DNA of 64,000 nt from Candidatus Staskawiczbacteria bacterium (GCA_041659225.1 JBAZYR010000005.1:7282-71281), one strand, 5' to 3'. Shown: positions 48,139 to 57,778, numbered from the stretch's first letter. Made by a program: numbers and translations. The notes: generated by a model from the sequence alone, not told the origin.

Positions 48139-49401
48139 ATGAATAAAAATATTGTAATTATTGCCCTGGCTATTGTTCTATTCGCGGGTGTAGCAACTGC
48201 AGCCGTTCTATTCATTTTCCCGTATTCTCCGAAACAACCTCCCGTGGCCGACGATACCGGCTCTACACCACAAGGCGTACAGGCTGTTGTAGACGCAAAC
48301 AATAAATTTACCTTTGAGCTATATTCCGAACTCGAAAAATCTGACAACGGAAATATATTTTACTCACCGTATAGTATTTCTGCTGCTTTGGCTATGACCT
48401 ATGAGGGCGCGAAAGGCCAAACGGCTGAGGAAATGAAATCCGTATTCCATTTTCCCGAAAGCGAAATATTAAGGCCGAATTTTGCCTCAATATATAATAA
48501 TCTCAATAAAAGCGTTGCCGACTATGAACTAAGAACCGGAAATGCATTATGGATTCAACAAAATTATCAGCTCCTCAAAGATTACACGGGCCGTGTTGAA
48601 AAATATTATGGAGGCAAAGCTGCAAATTTAGATTTTATTAACGAAACCGAAATGTCGCGGCAAACTATCAATAATTTTATCGCCGAACAGACAAATGATA
48701 AAATTAAAGGGCTAATCCCTCAAAGATTCCTCGATGTGATGACGAGGCTTGTATTGACCAATGCCATTTATTTTAAAGGCTCGTGGAAATGGGAATTTGA
48801 TAAATCCGATACCAGCGAACAGGATTTCAAGGTCACCCCCGACAATATTGTAAGAACCCAAATGATGAATATGAGACCCGATAAAACGACGTTTAACTAT
48901 GCCAGCACCGACAACCTACAAATCCTGGAGCTGCCATATAAGGGGGAGGAAGTCTCGATGTTGGTTCTATTACCGACCGGTAGCCTCGATTCGTTAGAAT
49001 CCTCTTTGACGGCCGAGAAGCTTAATGAATATAAGGCGCAGATGACGGAAACGACATTAGAATCGATATCACTTCCTAAGTTTGAATTCGACACCAAATA
49101 TTTTATGGGCGACAACTTGAGTGCAATGGGCATGCCGACGGCTTTTTCAACTGATGCGGATTTCTCTGGAATGACGGGCGCTCGAGACCTGTTCATTAGT
49201 TTTGTTATTCATCAAGCATACGTCAAAGTCGATGAAGAGGGGACTGAGGCCGCAGCTGCGACGGCGGTTGGGATGCGGACTACGTCGGCGGTGTTGTCAC
49301 CAAATATTTTTCGAGCGGACCATCCTTTCCTATTTATAATCCAGGAAAAGAAAACCGGGAATGTGCTATTTCTGGGCCGAGTAGTTGATCCGACGAAGTA
49401 G
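48139..49401 (+). CDS. serpin (serine protease inhibitor) with N-terminal membrane anchor/signal
   Basis: NAIYFKGSWKWEF serpin motif. Reactive-centre-loop hinge EEGTEAAAATAV. C-terminal FRADHPFLFIIQEKKTGNVLFLGRVVDP serpin signature. 420 aa. Confidence 0.85.
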   Translation: MNKNIVIIALAIVLFAGVATAAVLFIFPYSPKQPPVADDTGSTPQGVQAVVDANNKFTFELYSELEKSDNGNIFYSPYSISAALAMTYEGAKGQTAEEMKSVFHFPESEILRPNFASIYNNLNKSVADYELRTGNALWIQQNYQLLKDYTGRVEKYYGGKAANLDFINETEMSRQTINNFIAEQTNDKIKGLIPQRFLDVMTRLVLTNAIYFKGSWKWEFDKSDTSEQDFKVTPDNIVRTQMMNMRPDKTTFNYASTDNLQILELPYKGEEVSMLVLLPTGSLDSLESSLTAEKLNEYKAQMTETTLESISLPKFEFDTKYFMGDNLSAMGMPTAFSTDADFSGMTGARDLFISFVIHQAYVKVDEEGTEAAAATAVGMRTTSAVLSPNIFRADHPFLFIIQEKKTGNVLFLGRVVDPTK

Positions 49402-49475
49402 GGCATACAATTTGACACCGTTTTTCATTAGAATTTAATTAAATCATAAAGAGTAAAAATATTACAATTGATGAT

Positions 49476-49661
49476 TTGGCGATAATGGTACAAAAAGGTT
49501 TTAATGAAGTCGCAAAGAAAACCGAGACTTCTTCCGAGTTTAAGGAAATTAAAACCCGCCTTGCCCGGATAGAAAATATCTTATTAAAACAGCACTCTCA
49601 GCAAATAGAATCTCTTGAGAAAAGGATAAATCGTCTTGAGGAAGCTTCAGTTAATAAATAA
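49476..49661 (+). CDS. small coiled-coil protein
   Basis: 61 aa, heptad-like ...IENILLKQHSQQIESLEKRINRLEEA. Weak support. Confidence 0.3.
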   Translation: MAIMVQKGFNEVAKKTETSSEFKEIKTRLARIENILLKQHSQQIESLEKRINRLEEASVNK

Positions 49662-49677
49662 GCAAGATATTTCACGA

Positions 49678-49713
49678 AACCGTCTTTATTTTAAAGCGGT
49701 TTTTTGGTAGGAT
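49678..49713. repeat. intergenic hairpin + extended -10 module, copy 3 (AAACCGTCTTTATTTTAAAGCGGTTTTTTGGTAGGAT)
   Basis: Same architecture. 7 nt upstream of ATG 49720, so the downstream mRNA would be leaderless or nearly so. Confidence 0.55.
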
Positions 49714-49719
49714 ATACGC

Positions 49720-49986
49720 ATGTCAGAAATCGAGGAAATAAAAGCCGAAATCCGACGTATTAAGGAACGTAACAAAAAGGTTGAAATCGACAAAGCGTGG
49801 GAAACGAGCAGGTTTCGGATTATTTGTATTGCAGTAATTACATACATTATTGCTGCATTCTTTTTGTATTTTATCGGCAACGATAACTTTTTATTAAACG
49901 CGATCGTACCGGCAATCGGTTACTATCTGTCAACCCAGTCTCTTCCGTTCATCAAGCAATGGTGGGGGAGCAGGTTTATGAAATAA
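49720..49986 (+). CDS. small membrane protein (2 TM)
   Basis: 88 aa. Charged N-terminal helix then two hydrophobic helices. Stop lies 2 nt before the greA start. Confidence 0.4.
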   Translation: MSEIEEIKAEIRRIKERNKKVEIDKAWETSRFRIICIAVITYIIAAFFLYFIGNDNFLLNAIVPAIGYYLSTQSLPFIKQWWGSRFMK

Positions 49987-49988
49987 AA

Positions 49989-50441
49989 ATGCCTCAATAT
50001 TTTACCGCCGAAGGTATAAAAAAACTTAAAGAAGAGCTGCATCAACTAAAAACAGTTGAAACAAAAAAAGTTGTCGCGCTTTTAAAATACGCCGCTTCCT
50101 TCGGCGACCTTAAAGAAAATGCGGGTTACGACGACGCAAAGGAAAGACAGGCTTTCCTGGTTACCAAAATTAAGCAGCTCGAAGCTGTTATTAACGACGC
50201 GATAATTTATGAAAAGGGTGAAACGGATAAAGTCCAGATTGGCTCGACGGTATTGCTTGTATTCGGTGAAGACAAAGAGGAATTCCACATCGTCGCCCCC
50301 GCCGAATCCGATATTTTAAATAACAAATTATCGTATCAATCGCCATTGGGCCGGGAACTAATAGGCCGGAAGACGAAAGATGAATTCTTCTTCGAAAATA
50401 ACGGGGCAAAAGTAAAAGTAAAAATTCTGGAAATTCGCTAG
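49989..50441 (+). CDS. greA: transcription elongation factor GreA
   Basis: Coiled-coil tip GDLKENAGYDDAKE (acidic D/E pair). C-terminal FKBP-like domain. ATG 49989 is preferred over the track start 49959, which overlaps the upstream gene. Confidence 0.85.
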   Translation: MPQYFTAEGIKKLKEELHQLKTVETKKVVALLKYAASFGDLKENAGYDDAKERQAFLVTKIKQLEAVINDAIIYEKGETDKVQIGSTVLLVFGEDKEEFHIVAPAESDILNNKLSYQSPLGRELIGRKTKDEFFFENNGAKVKVKILEIR

Positions 50442-50442
50442 C

Positions 50443-51105
50443 ATGGACTTTCTCACCGTTATTTCGGAAATAAAGAAACATTCTGATCCGAACGATCGTG
50501 AAGGAATGGCACGTTTCGGAATTAATCCTCAGTATGCCCTGGGGGTCCGTATCCCGGTTTTGCGCAAACTCGCAAAAACAATCGGTAAAAACCATGAACT
50601 GGCGCTCGCTTTGTGGGACAGCAAGATACACGAGGTCAGAATATTCGCCAGCATGATAGCCGAAGCCGAAGTGACCACCGCAAAACAAATGGATAGCTGG
50701 GTAAAGGACTTTAATTCCTGGGACATATGCGACCAATGTTGCATGAATCTTTTCTGTAAAACTCCGTTTGCATGGAAGAAAGCGCAAGAATGGGTGGGAA
50801 AAGAAGAGGAATTTGTCCGAAGAGCCGGCTTCGCTTTAGTAGCGGCGTTGGCTGTCCATGATAAAAAGTCGGACGACAAAACATTCATACAATTCCTTCC
50901 CTTGATCCACAAGTACGCAGTTGACGAGAGAAACTTTGTAAAAAAAGCTGTAAACTGGGCCCTAAGGCAGATAGGGAAACGGAATCAGAATCTGAACCGT
51001 GAAGCCCTAAAAACTGCACACGTAATACTGAAGATTGAATCCAAAAGCGCAAAATGGATAGCCAAAGACGCAATACGAGAATTGAGCAGCAAACGTTTTA
51101 AATAG
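50443..51105 (+). CDS. DNA alkylation repair protein (AlkD/AlkC-like HEAT-repeat glycosylase family)
   Basis: HSDPNDREGMARFGINPQYALGVRIPVLRKLAK...LALALWDS...EVRIFA matches the PF08713 DNA_alkylation pattern. 220 aa. Confidence 0.65.
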   Translation: MDFLTVISEIKKHSDPNDREGMARFGINPQYALGVRIPVLRKLAKTIGKNHELALALWDSKIHEVRIFASMIAEAEVTTAKQMDSWVKDFNSWDICDQCCMNLFCKTPFAWKKAQEWVGKEEEFVRRAGFALVAALAVHDKKSDDKTFIQFLPLIHKYAVDERNFVKKAVNWALRQIGKRNQNLNREALKTAHVILKIESKSAKWIAKDAIRELSSKRFK

Positions 51106-51153
51106 TTTGTTTGACCCCAAATTTTTTTTATGCGATAATTAGACAACACTTTC

Positions 51154-52338
51154 ATGTCAAAGTTACAAAAAATATTACTCGTCATATATTACATAGTATT
51201 TGTCATCGCGATTTTTGCGATAGGTATTTGGTACGGTCAAACCTCTGTGGTCTGCGAAGTGTGTCCGCCGACCGATGTAAACTTTTCTTTGTTTTGGTCT
51301 GCGCACAATAGCTTAAAGGATAAATTTGTTGATCCCAGTAAAATCACACCTGAAAACGTTCTTTACGGCGCTATTTCCGGAATGGCGCAAAGCTTGGGAG
51401 ATCCGTACACAACCTTTTTTAACCCGACTGAAGCCAAAAAGTTTGAAGATGAACTGTCCGGATATTTCGACGGCATTGGCGTGGAAATGGGTATCAAAGA
51501 TGGACAACTGACAATAATCGCCCCTTTAACAGGAACACCTGCTCAACAGGCTAGATTGCGGGCCGGGGATAAGATTGTCGCGATTGACGGTAAAGACACG
51601 GCCAATATGACATCTGACGAAGCTGTAACGCTCATTCGAGGCAAAAAAGGCACCAGAGTTACTTTAACTATTTATCGTTCTGATTGGAAAGAGACTAAGG
51701 ATTTTACTATTACTCGCGATTCGATAAAAATCCCTTCTCTCAAGTGGCAGCTGATCAACGACGACATTGCCTACATCGAAATGTACCAATTCAGCCAAAG
51801 CTTGTCCGGGGACTTTAATCGCGCCAGTTTAGAGATATTGAACAGTCCGGCTAAGCGCATAATTCTTGATTTACGGAATAATCCCGGCGGATACCTGGAG
51901 GTATCTCAAAATATCGCTGGCTGGTTCATGGAGAAAGAAAAAATCGTTGTGATCGAGGATTTCGGGGCTACGAAGCCCCAACAAATATATTATACGGAGG
52001 GGAATGCCAGTTTTTCCCAATACCCGATTGTGGTACTGATCAATCAAGGATCTGCTTCCGCCTCTGAAATTTTGGCCGGCGCGCTTCGTGATAACCGCCA
52101 GATCAAATTAATCGGCGAGAAGTCATACGGAAAAGGTTCGGTGCAAGAGGGGATTGAAATGGAGGATGGATCATTTTTGAAGATAACAGTTGCCAAGTGG
52201 TTAACTCCAAACGGACTGTCCATATCTGACACCGGACTTGAGCCCGATATTACGGTGGAAATTACAGACCAGGACTATACGGACGAAAAAGACCCTCAAT
52301 TGGATAAAGCTATTGAAATAATTAAAAATATACAGTAG
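51154..52338 (+). CDS. carboxyl-terminal processing protease (S41 peptidase, CtpA-like)
   Basis: N-terminal TM. PDZ motif GDKIVAIDGKDT. S41 motifs DLRNNPGG and GSASASEILAGAL (catalytic Ser). Confidence 0.85.
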   Translation: MSKLQKILLVIYYIVFVIAIFAIGIWYGQTSVVCEVCPPTDVNFSLFWSAHNSLKDKFVDPSKITPENVLYGAISGMAQSLGDPYTTFFNPTEAKKFEDELSGYFDGIGVEMGIKDGQLTIIAPLTGTPAQQARLRAGDKIVAIDGKDTANMTSDEAVTLIRGKKGTRVTLTIYRSDWKETKDFTITRDSIKIPSLKWQLINDDIAYIEMYQFSQSLSGDFNRASLEILNSPAKRIILDLRNNPGGYLEVSQNIAGWFMEKEKIVVIEDFGATKPQQIYYTEGNASFSQYPIVVLINQGSASASEILAGALRDNRQIKLIGEKSYGKGSVQEGIEMEDGSFLKITVAKWLTPNGLSISDTGLEPDITVEITDQDYTDEKDPQLDKAIEIIKNIQ

Positions 52339-52376
52339 ACTTAAAAATTGTAGAATAACAAATATTTAGAAAACAT

Positions 52377-52829
52377 ATGAAGGTAATCCTCTTAGACGAT
52401 ATTGCTGATTTAGGAAAAAAACACGAAATAAAGGAAGTAAAAGATGGCTACGCCAGAAACTTTTTACTGCCTAAGGGTTTAGTAAAACTTGTGAACAAAG
52501 ATTCCTTAACGTGGTTGAAAGGTCAAACAAAGGTGGAATTGGAAAAAGTTGAAGAGGATCTAAGAAAGGTTCAGGAAGTTGCATCTCAACTGGACGGGTT
52601 AGAAGTTATCATAACTGTTAAAGTCGGCGAAGACGGCCAATTGTTCGAATCAGTCAGCAGCCAAAAGATTATTGATAAACTAAAAGAGCTTGGATTCAGC
52701 ATAAAAAAGAAGCAGATTGAACTTAAAGCCCCGATTAAGGAATTAGGAGAGTCGCATATAAAGATAAGCTTAGACCATAATTTGGAAGCCGAAATCACCC
52801 TTATCATCTCTAAATCACAAGAAGAATAG
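52377..52829 (+). CDS. rplI: 50S ribosomal protein L9
   Basis: [35 protein letters not shown] is the canonical L9 N-terminus. 150 aa. Confidence 0.9.
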   Translation: MKVILLDDIADLGKKHEIKEVKDGYARNFLLPKGLVKLVNKDSLTWLKGQTKVELEKVEEDLRKVQEVASQLDGLEVIITVKVGEDGQLFESVSSQKIIDKLKELGFSIKKKQIELKAPIKELGESHIKISLDHNLEAEITLIISKSQEE

Positions 52830-52838
52830 CCTCGAATC

Positions 52839-54455
52839 ATGCTTAAATACATTTTCGTAACGGGCGGAGTAATGTCAGGTGTTGGGAAAGGAGTCGCAAC
52901 CGCATCGATATCTAAAATCCTACAATCCAATGGATTTAAGGTCACAGCAATAAAGATCGACCCCTACGTAAATGTTGACGCAGGTACAATGAGCCCCACT
53001 GAACACGGTGAGGTTTTTGTGTTGGATGACGGCATGGAATGCGACCAGGACATGGGAAACTACGAGAGGTTCTTGGATAAAAGCCTGTCCAGCGCCAATT
53101 ACATGACCACCGGAAGCGTATACCTCTCGGTTATAACCAAAGAGCGCGAGATGGGCTACAAAGGAAAGCAGGTTGAGGTTGTGCCCAGGATTCCTCTTGA
53201 AGTAATTGATAGAATTAATAACGCCGCGAAAAAAGAGGGCGCAGAAATAGTGGCAATAGAAATCGGCGGTACAGTCGGGGAATATGAGAACCTATTGTTC
53301 CTGGAGGCCATAAGGTTATTAAAATTAAAACAGCCAAAAGACGTGCTGACTGTTCTTGTCAGCTTTGTACCGGCCTTAGGCGCTGGCGGCACAGAACTTA
53401 AGACGAAGCCCACCCAGCACGCCGTTAGAAGCCTTAACTCAGTTGGAGTGCATCCTGATATCATCTTAGGCAGAGCAAATATTCCGCTAGACCAGCGCAG
53501 AAAGGAAAAAATCCAATTTATGTGCGGCCTTGACGAGGGCGATGTTATCTCAGCGCCGAACGTGGAAAGTATATATGAAGTTCCGCTTAATTTCGAAAAA
53601 GATCATATCGGCGAGCGCATTCTTAAAAAGCTTTCTCTGAAATCGCGAAAAAAGGACCTGACGCCGTGGCGCACGCTGGTCACGAATATCAAAAACCCGA
53701 AGAAAACAGTTAGGATCGGCATTGTTGGGAAATATTTTGGCAGCGGAGACTTTATCTTAACAGACTCATACATCTCTGTATTGGAATCCGTGAAACATGC
53801 TGCATATTTCTGGAAGTCAAAACCCATTATTGAATGGCTGGATTCAGATGTCTACGAAAAAAATCCTTCAAAGTTAAAGGAACTTAAATCTTTTGACGGC
53901 ATAATCGTACCGGGCGGATTTGGAAATAGGGGAGTGGAAGGAAAGATAAAAGCCATTGAATACTGCAGGGTTAATAAAATACCGTTTTTAGGGTTGTGCT
54001 TGGGAATGCAGCTGGCTGTAATTGAGTTTGCCCGGCATGTCTGCAAAATCGGGACTGCGAACTCATGCGAGTTCACAAAGAGTTGCGAACCTGTGATTGA
54101 TGTTATGCCCGAGCAAAAAGCTTTGCTAGCTGAGAAAAAATACGGGGCCACAATGCGTTTGGGCGCGTACGACTGCAAATTAAAACCCAAAACCAAAAGT
54201 TTTGGGGCATACAAAGTCGCGAATATCTCGGAGCGCCATCGCCACCGATATGAACTTAATAATGCCTACCGTGAAATCTTAGAAAAGAAAGGAATGGTAA
54301 TGGCCGGTGTAAACCCGCAGAAGGATTTAGTGGAGATTATTGAATTGACCAATCATCCGTTCTTCGTTGGCACACAGTTCCATCCCGAATTTAAATCAAG
54401 ACCGCTAAAACCGCACCCTCTGTTCCGGGAGTTTATACGAGCGAGTTTAAATTAA
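52839..54455 (+). CDS. pyrG: CTP synthase
   Basis: [17 protein letters not shown]-terminus. GATase GLCLGMQ with catalytic Cys. 538 aa. Confidence 0.95.
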   Translation: MLKYIFVTGGVMSGVGKGVATASISKILQSNGFKVTAIKIDPYVNVDAGTMSPTEHGEVFVLDDGMECDQDMGNYERFLDKSLSSANYMTTGSVYLSVITKEREMGYKGKQVEVVPRIPLEVIDRINNAAKKEGAEIVAIEIGGTVGEYENLLFLEAIRLLKLKQPKDVLTVLVSFVPALGAGGTELKTKPTQHAVRSLNSVGVHPDIILGRANIPLDQRRKEKIQFMCGLDEGDVISAPNVESIYEVPLNFEKDHIGERILKKLSLKSRKKDLTPWRTLVTNIKNPKKTVRIGIVGKYFGSGDFILTDSYISVLESVKHAAYFWKSKPIIEWLDSDVYEKNPSKLKELKSFDGIIVPGGFGNRGVEGKIKAIEYCRVNKIPFLGLCLGMQLAVIEFARHVCKIGTANSCEFTKSCEPVIDVMPEQKALLAEKKYGATMRLGAYDCKLKPKTKSFGAYKVANISERHRHRYELNNAYREILEKKGMVMAGVNPQKDLVEIIELTNHPFFVGTQFHPEFKSRPLKPHPLFREFIRASLN

Positions 54456-54724
54456 ATTACGTTAACAACGCTGACTTTACGGGTAGAGTTGTCGAATTTC
54501 TTCTTGGTTTTCGTGACGAAGTTAACAACGCCAGCTTTTTGAGCGTAAAGAGTATCGTCGCTGCCGATCTTAACATTCTTTCCAGGAAGGAACTTAGTTC
54601 CACGCTGTCGTACGATAATCATACCAGCTTTTACTTTCTCACCGGCATATGCTTTAATACCTAAACGCTGGGCGTTGGAATCTCTTCCCAGTCTGGACGT
54701 ACCTGTTGCTTTAGTTTTTGACAT
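54452..54724 (-). CDS. rpmA: 50S ribosomal protein L27
   Basis: [45 protein letters not shown] is the canonical L27 sequence. 90 aa. Convergent with pyrG. Confidence 0.9.
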   Translation of the reverse strand: MSKTKATGTSRLGRDSNAQRLGIKAYAGEKVKAGMIIVRQRGTKFLPGKNVKIGSDDTLYAQKAGVVNFVTKTKKKFDNSTRKVSVVNVI

Positions 54725-54749
54725 AGTTTTGTATAATTTAAGTATCTAT

Positions 54750-54902
54750 ATGTTATCAAAAGTTATTGGTTTTGTCAAAAGATATAGGACCGATATCTTG
54801 CTGGTTATTGCTGTTGTTCTGCTGATTCTTCTGGCTTTTAGCTTTGGTTTTATTGCAGCAAACTATTGCAACCAGCAGCCTATTGAATTTATACAACAAT
54901 GA
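54750..54902 (+). CDS. small single-TM protein, translationally coupled to the downstream oxidoreductase
   Basis: Extended -10 TTTGTATAAT at 54728-54737. ATG 54750 chosen instead of track start 54675, which overlaps rpmA. ATGA overlap with 54899. Confidence 0.3.
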   Translation: MLSKVIGFVKRYRTDILLVIAVVLLILLAFSFGFIAANYCNQQPIEFIQQ

Positions 54903-55831
54903 AAATAGCAATTATTGGGGCTGGAACCTGCGGGCTATACCTTGCGTGGAAGCTGGCGAAGAAAAAACACGAGGTGGTTGTATTCGAGAAAAGCAATACA
55001 GTTGGCGAGAAAGCCTGCTCTGGTTTGTTTTCTGAACGCATCCTCGACTTTGTGCCAAAATCCAAGGCCTTAATTGAGAATGAGATTAGCTCGGTCCTTA
55101 TTCATTTTCCAAAAAAAACCGTGAAGGTACACTTTTCTAAAAAGTTCTTGCTTATGAGTCATTCGAAGCTAGATGAATTGCTATCTGGCTTAGCTAAACA
55201 AGCCGGGGTTCGAATTGTTTTTAACTGCAATGTTTTAGAACTGCCAACTGATTTTGACCGCATAATAGGCTGCGACGGCGCCGCTTCATTCACACGAAAA
55301 AACATGGGCCTGGCGGATCCTTCACTACGGCTTGGAATTCAGGGATTTTCAACGGCAACTCTAAAAGATGATTTTGTTGAAACCTGGCCATGTAAAAATG
55401 GATTCATTTGGAAGATACCGCGGAAAGAAAATATTGAATATGGAATAATGGCTGATACGGATACGGCATACCGAATATTTAACGAGTTTACCCGCCAAGA
55501 GGGGATCAATTTAACGGACATTAAATCAAAAATTATCCCGCAGGGATTAGTGATTGCAGAACATGAAAAAATGACTCTGTGCGGTGATTCAGCCGGCATG
55601 ACCAAACCTTGGTCCGGTGGGGGAGTGATTTGGGGTTTGATTGCCGCCGACATGCTTCTGGAAAGCTTTCCGAACTTTAACGATTATGTGCAAAAGACAA
55701 AGAAATTCTTTTCCCTTAAAATTTTTCTCTCACAAATGTTAATTAAATTCATCTATTTTCTTGGTTTTAACCTGCCTTTCCTTCTGCCGAAGAGTAACAA
55801 GATAGAAGCAGATTTCATCTTTAAGAGTTGA
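54899..55831 (+). CDS. FAD-dependent oxidoreductase, geranylgeranyl-reductase-like family
   Basis: N-terminal Rossmann KIAIIGAGTCGLYLAWKLAKKKHEVVVFEK (GxGxxG ... acidic). 310 aa, no membrane segment. Confidence 0.65.
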   Translation: MKIAIIGAGTCGLYLAWKLAKKKHEVVVFEKSNTVGEKACSGLFSERILDFVPKSKALIENEISSVLIHFPKKTVKVHFSKKFLLMSHSKLDELLSGLAKQAGVRIVFNCNVLELPTDFDRIIGCDGAASFTRKNMGLADPSLRLGIQGFSTATLKDDFVETWPCKNGFIWKIPRKENIEYGIMADTDTAYRIFNEFTRQEGINLTDIKSKIIPQGLVIAEHEKMTLCGDSAGMTKPWSGGGVIWGLIAADMLLESFPNFNDYVQKTKKFFSLKIFLSQMLIKFIYFLGFNLPFLLPKSNKIEADFIFKS

Positions 55832-55844
55832 CATTATCCCGTTT

Positions 55845-55895
55845 TGTTATAATATATAACCGTATCGCCGCTCGTTTAAAACCTGTTTAAAACCT
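55845..55895 (+). promoter_or_regulatory. extended -10 (TGTTATAAT) followed by 11-bp tandem direct repeat GTTTAAAACCT x2
   Basis: TGtTATAAT at 55845-55853. Repeats at 55874-55884 and 55885-55895, just upstream of the RBS/GTG of 55914. Confidence 0.4.
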
Positions 55896-55913
55896 ACGAA
55901 AGGCGGTGTCCTC

Positions 55914-56465
55914 GTGAGTATTGTTCCAAATCACAGAAAGAACGTTTTGCAGGGTCCCGGGAAGGTAACCATAATGCCGACCATCGACAAGGAAGGCAAA
56001 CCGTCATCCTGCGGCCTGTTCGAAATCGGCGGCATGAAATTCCTTTCCGGCCGGATACTTGCGCAAAGCCATGCGCATGTTAGTTTAATGAAAAAAACTA
56101 TGCGGAAAGTGACTCCGCAACTAATCAGCACGTACTTTAAAAAGTCCGGGCTGACGCTTCAGGATTTCTTTACTGATAACCCCGAACGGACTCTCCAATA
56201 CTTCGGGGAACTTTGCGCGAAAATCATCAAAAGAGCTACTGAAAAGAAAATAACCGACATCCCCGCGGTAATAGATCACCTGCAGGAGTGGAAATCCACA
56301 CTTGAGAATGGAGCCCCGAAACCCCTCTGGGATAAACTGCACGATACAATCGTGACTCTACAGGATTTAGTCCCAGACGCTGATGACCTTGATCGCGATC
56401 CCGAGGATGAGCCACTCTTAACGATCGAACAATTGGCCGAACTGCAAAAAGAAAAACACGAATGA
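55914..56465 (+). CDS. hypothetical protein (GTG start), acidic C-terminus
   Basis: 183 aa. RBS-like AAGGCGG. No recognisable motif. Confidence 0.4.
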   Translation: MSIVPNHRKNVLQGPGKVTIMPTIDKEGKPSSCGLFEIGGMKFLSGRILAQSHAHVSLMKKTMRKVTPQLISTYFKKSGLTLQDFFTDNPERTLQYFGELCAKIIKRATEKKITDIPAVIDHLQEWKSTLENGAPKPLWDKLHDTIVTLQDLVPDADDLDRDPEDEPLLTIEQLAELQKEKHE

Positions 56466-56479
56466 GCACACCCCATAAA

Positions 56480-56505
56480 AATAGCCGACATCGTCGGCTT
56501 TTCGC
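56480..56505. terminator. bidirectional terminator hairpin (AGCCGAC-ATC-GTCGGCT flanked by A/T runs)
   Basis: Perfect 7-bp stem between convergent genes. AAAAAT on the left and TTTTCG on the right. Confidence 0.55.
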
Positions 56506-56994
56506 TTATACGGATTGAGCGAATGTTTCAGCCATTGAGAGATACTTTGCTTTCTTGGGCCTGCTTTTGTATTTTGCGATATCCTTATGAATCGCCATTA
56601 GTTTTTGGAAATCACCGGGAATCCACGCAGCTAGGATTTTTCCTTTGTTCTTATAAATAATTTCAACTGCCTTGGACCAAGCTTGGAAATCATTTTTCTT
56701 TTTCCCTGATAAGGCGTGTTTTTTAAAATACGGAACAACGCATTCATAGACCTCAGTTATATTCTGAACAGAATAACGGGCTTGATTTTTAACAACATGA
56801 ACATTCCCGCATTGCAATGTATCACGGACAGATTCCAACACATTACTCTGGGATGCGTTTTTTGTGATAATAAATTGAACCTTCCATCGGTAGTAAGTAG
56901 GGGAGTTGGTCCTATTTGCTTTAGTATCTTTCCGGAATTGAAGGTCAAAACAGCCTTCTTGGTTTACTATTTGTACAATATTTATTTTTTCCAT
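56506..56994 (-). CDS. LAGLIDADG-family (LAGLIDADG_1-like) homing endonuclease, free-standing
   Basis: N-terminal IVQIVNQEGCFDLQF (cf. LAGFIDGEGCF). Downstream profile L..V...L.CG.V and C-terminal YFKKHALSGKKKNDFQAWSKAVEII...K (cf. F.kYPL.t.K..DF..W..v) match the LAGLIDADG_1 domain. 162 aa. Confidence 0.6.
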   Translation of the reverse strand: MEKINIVQIVNQEGCFDLQFRKDTKANRTNSPTYYRWKVQFIITKNASQSNVLESVRDTLQCGNVHVVKNQARYSVQNITEVYECVVPYFKKHALSGKKKNDFQAWSKAVEIIYKNKGKILAAWIPGDFQKLMAIHKDIAKYKSRPKKAKYLSMAETFAQSV

Positions 56995-57081
56995 ATATTC
57001 TTATTATATCATCAATATTTTTTGACGACTAGTCGCACAATATTATATAACCTGCACAGAAAGAGTAGGGGAACACTAAAA

Positions 57082-57110
57082 TTGACAAATTTAAGAACAA
57101 GGTGTATATT
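57082..57110 (+). promoter_or_regulatory. sigma70-like promoter TTGACA-17-TATATT
   Basis: TTGACA at 57082-57087. TATATT at 57105-57110. Upstream of ORF 57144. Confidence 0.45.
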
Positions 57111-57143
57111 ATACCCAGTTGTTTAACATCCGAAACCTAACTC

Positions 57144-57359
57144 ATGGAGGATAAAACCGTGCTTCGAATAGGAGAAGTCCGCATCAGTAGAATGCTGGGA
57201 TGGCATTGCTATTCACCCGACAAGAGGGACGAAAATCAGACTCACGTGCCAGAAAGTTGCCTAGTGTGCAAGGAATCCTTCCAGGACGGCACTCCACAGG
57301 TAGTCGTTGAGGCTGCTGACGGAACGCGGCACAAAACGCATGTTGATTGTTTCGACTAG
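57144..57359 (+). CDS. small hypothetical protein (71 aa, 4 Cys)
   Basis: Cys spacing C..C(x28)C..C is compatible with a Zn ribbon. Weak support. Confidence 0.3.
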   Translation: MEDKTVLRIGEVRISRMLGWHCYSPDKRDENQTHVPESCLVCKESFQDGTPQVVVEAADGTRHKTHVDCFD

Positions 57360-57376
57360 AAAGGAGGCATTTAAAT

Positions 57377-57724
57377 ATGGCTCATAAAATACCAACAATC
57401 TGCATAACGCGCGAGCCAATTACCGGTTTCTGCTATCCATTTTGTCGAGCGCTTCTCAACAAGCTCATTTCTCTGGCGCAGGAAGACAACCTTTTTGCCA
57501 AAGACGGCAAGCACGCATCAGAGAATCCTACGGGACAAAAAAACGTCCATCTCATCGATAATACAACTCCTTTGTCACTAGGCCTCACCCCAATCGCAGA
57601 CACTGTTATTAGAAACATCTGTGGTCAACTCAGGCTAGTGATGATAACAAAGTCTTCAGCTCAGCAAGTCGGCTCTTTTATCGACATGGTACGAGAGTTC
57701 CTCGATATTTTTGAAAAAGAATAA
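57377..57724 (+). CDS. hypothetical protein
   Basis: AGGAGG RBS 7 nt before ATG 57377, preferred over the track start 57347. 115 aa. Terminator GCGCC...GGCGC + T7 at 57745-57780. Confidence 0.4.
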   Translation: MAHKIPTICITREPITGFCYPFCRALLNKLISLAQEDNLFAKDGKHASENPTGQKNVHLIDNTTPLSLGLTPIADTVIRNICGQLRLVMITKSSAQQVGSFIDMVREFLDIFEKE

Positions 57725-57778
57725 ACAAGCACCACTAAGTATATGCGCCAAAAGTCCCCGGACCCAGGCGCTGTTTTT

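Noticed and set aside
54675-54749. Upstream extension of the small TM ORF to ATG 54675
   Set aside because: It would overlap the 5' end of rpmA on the opposite strand by 50 nt. ATG 54750 sits just downstream of an extended -10.
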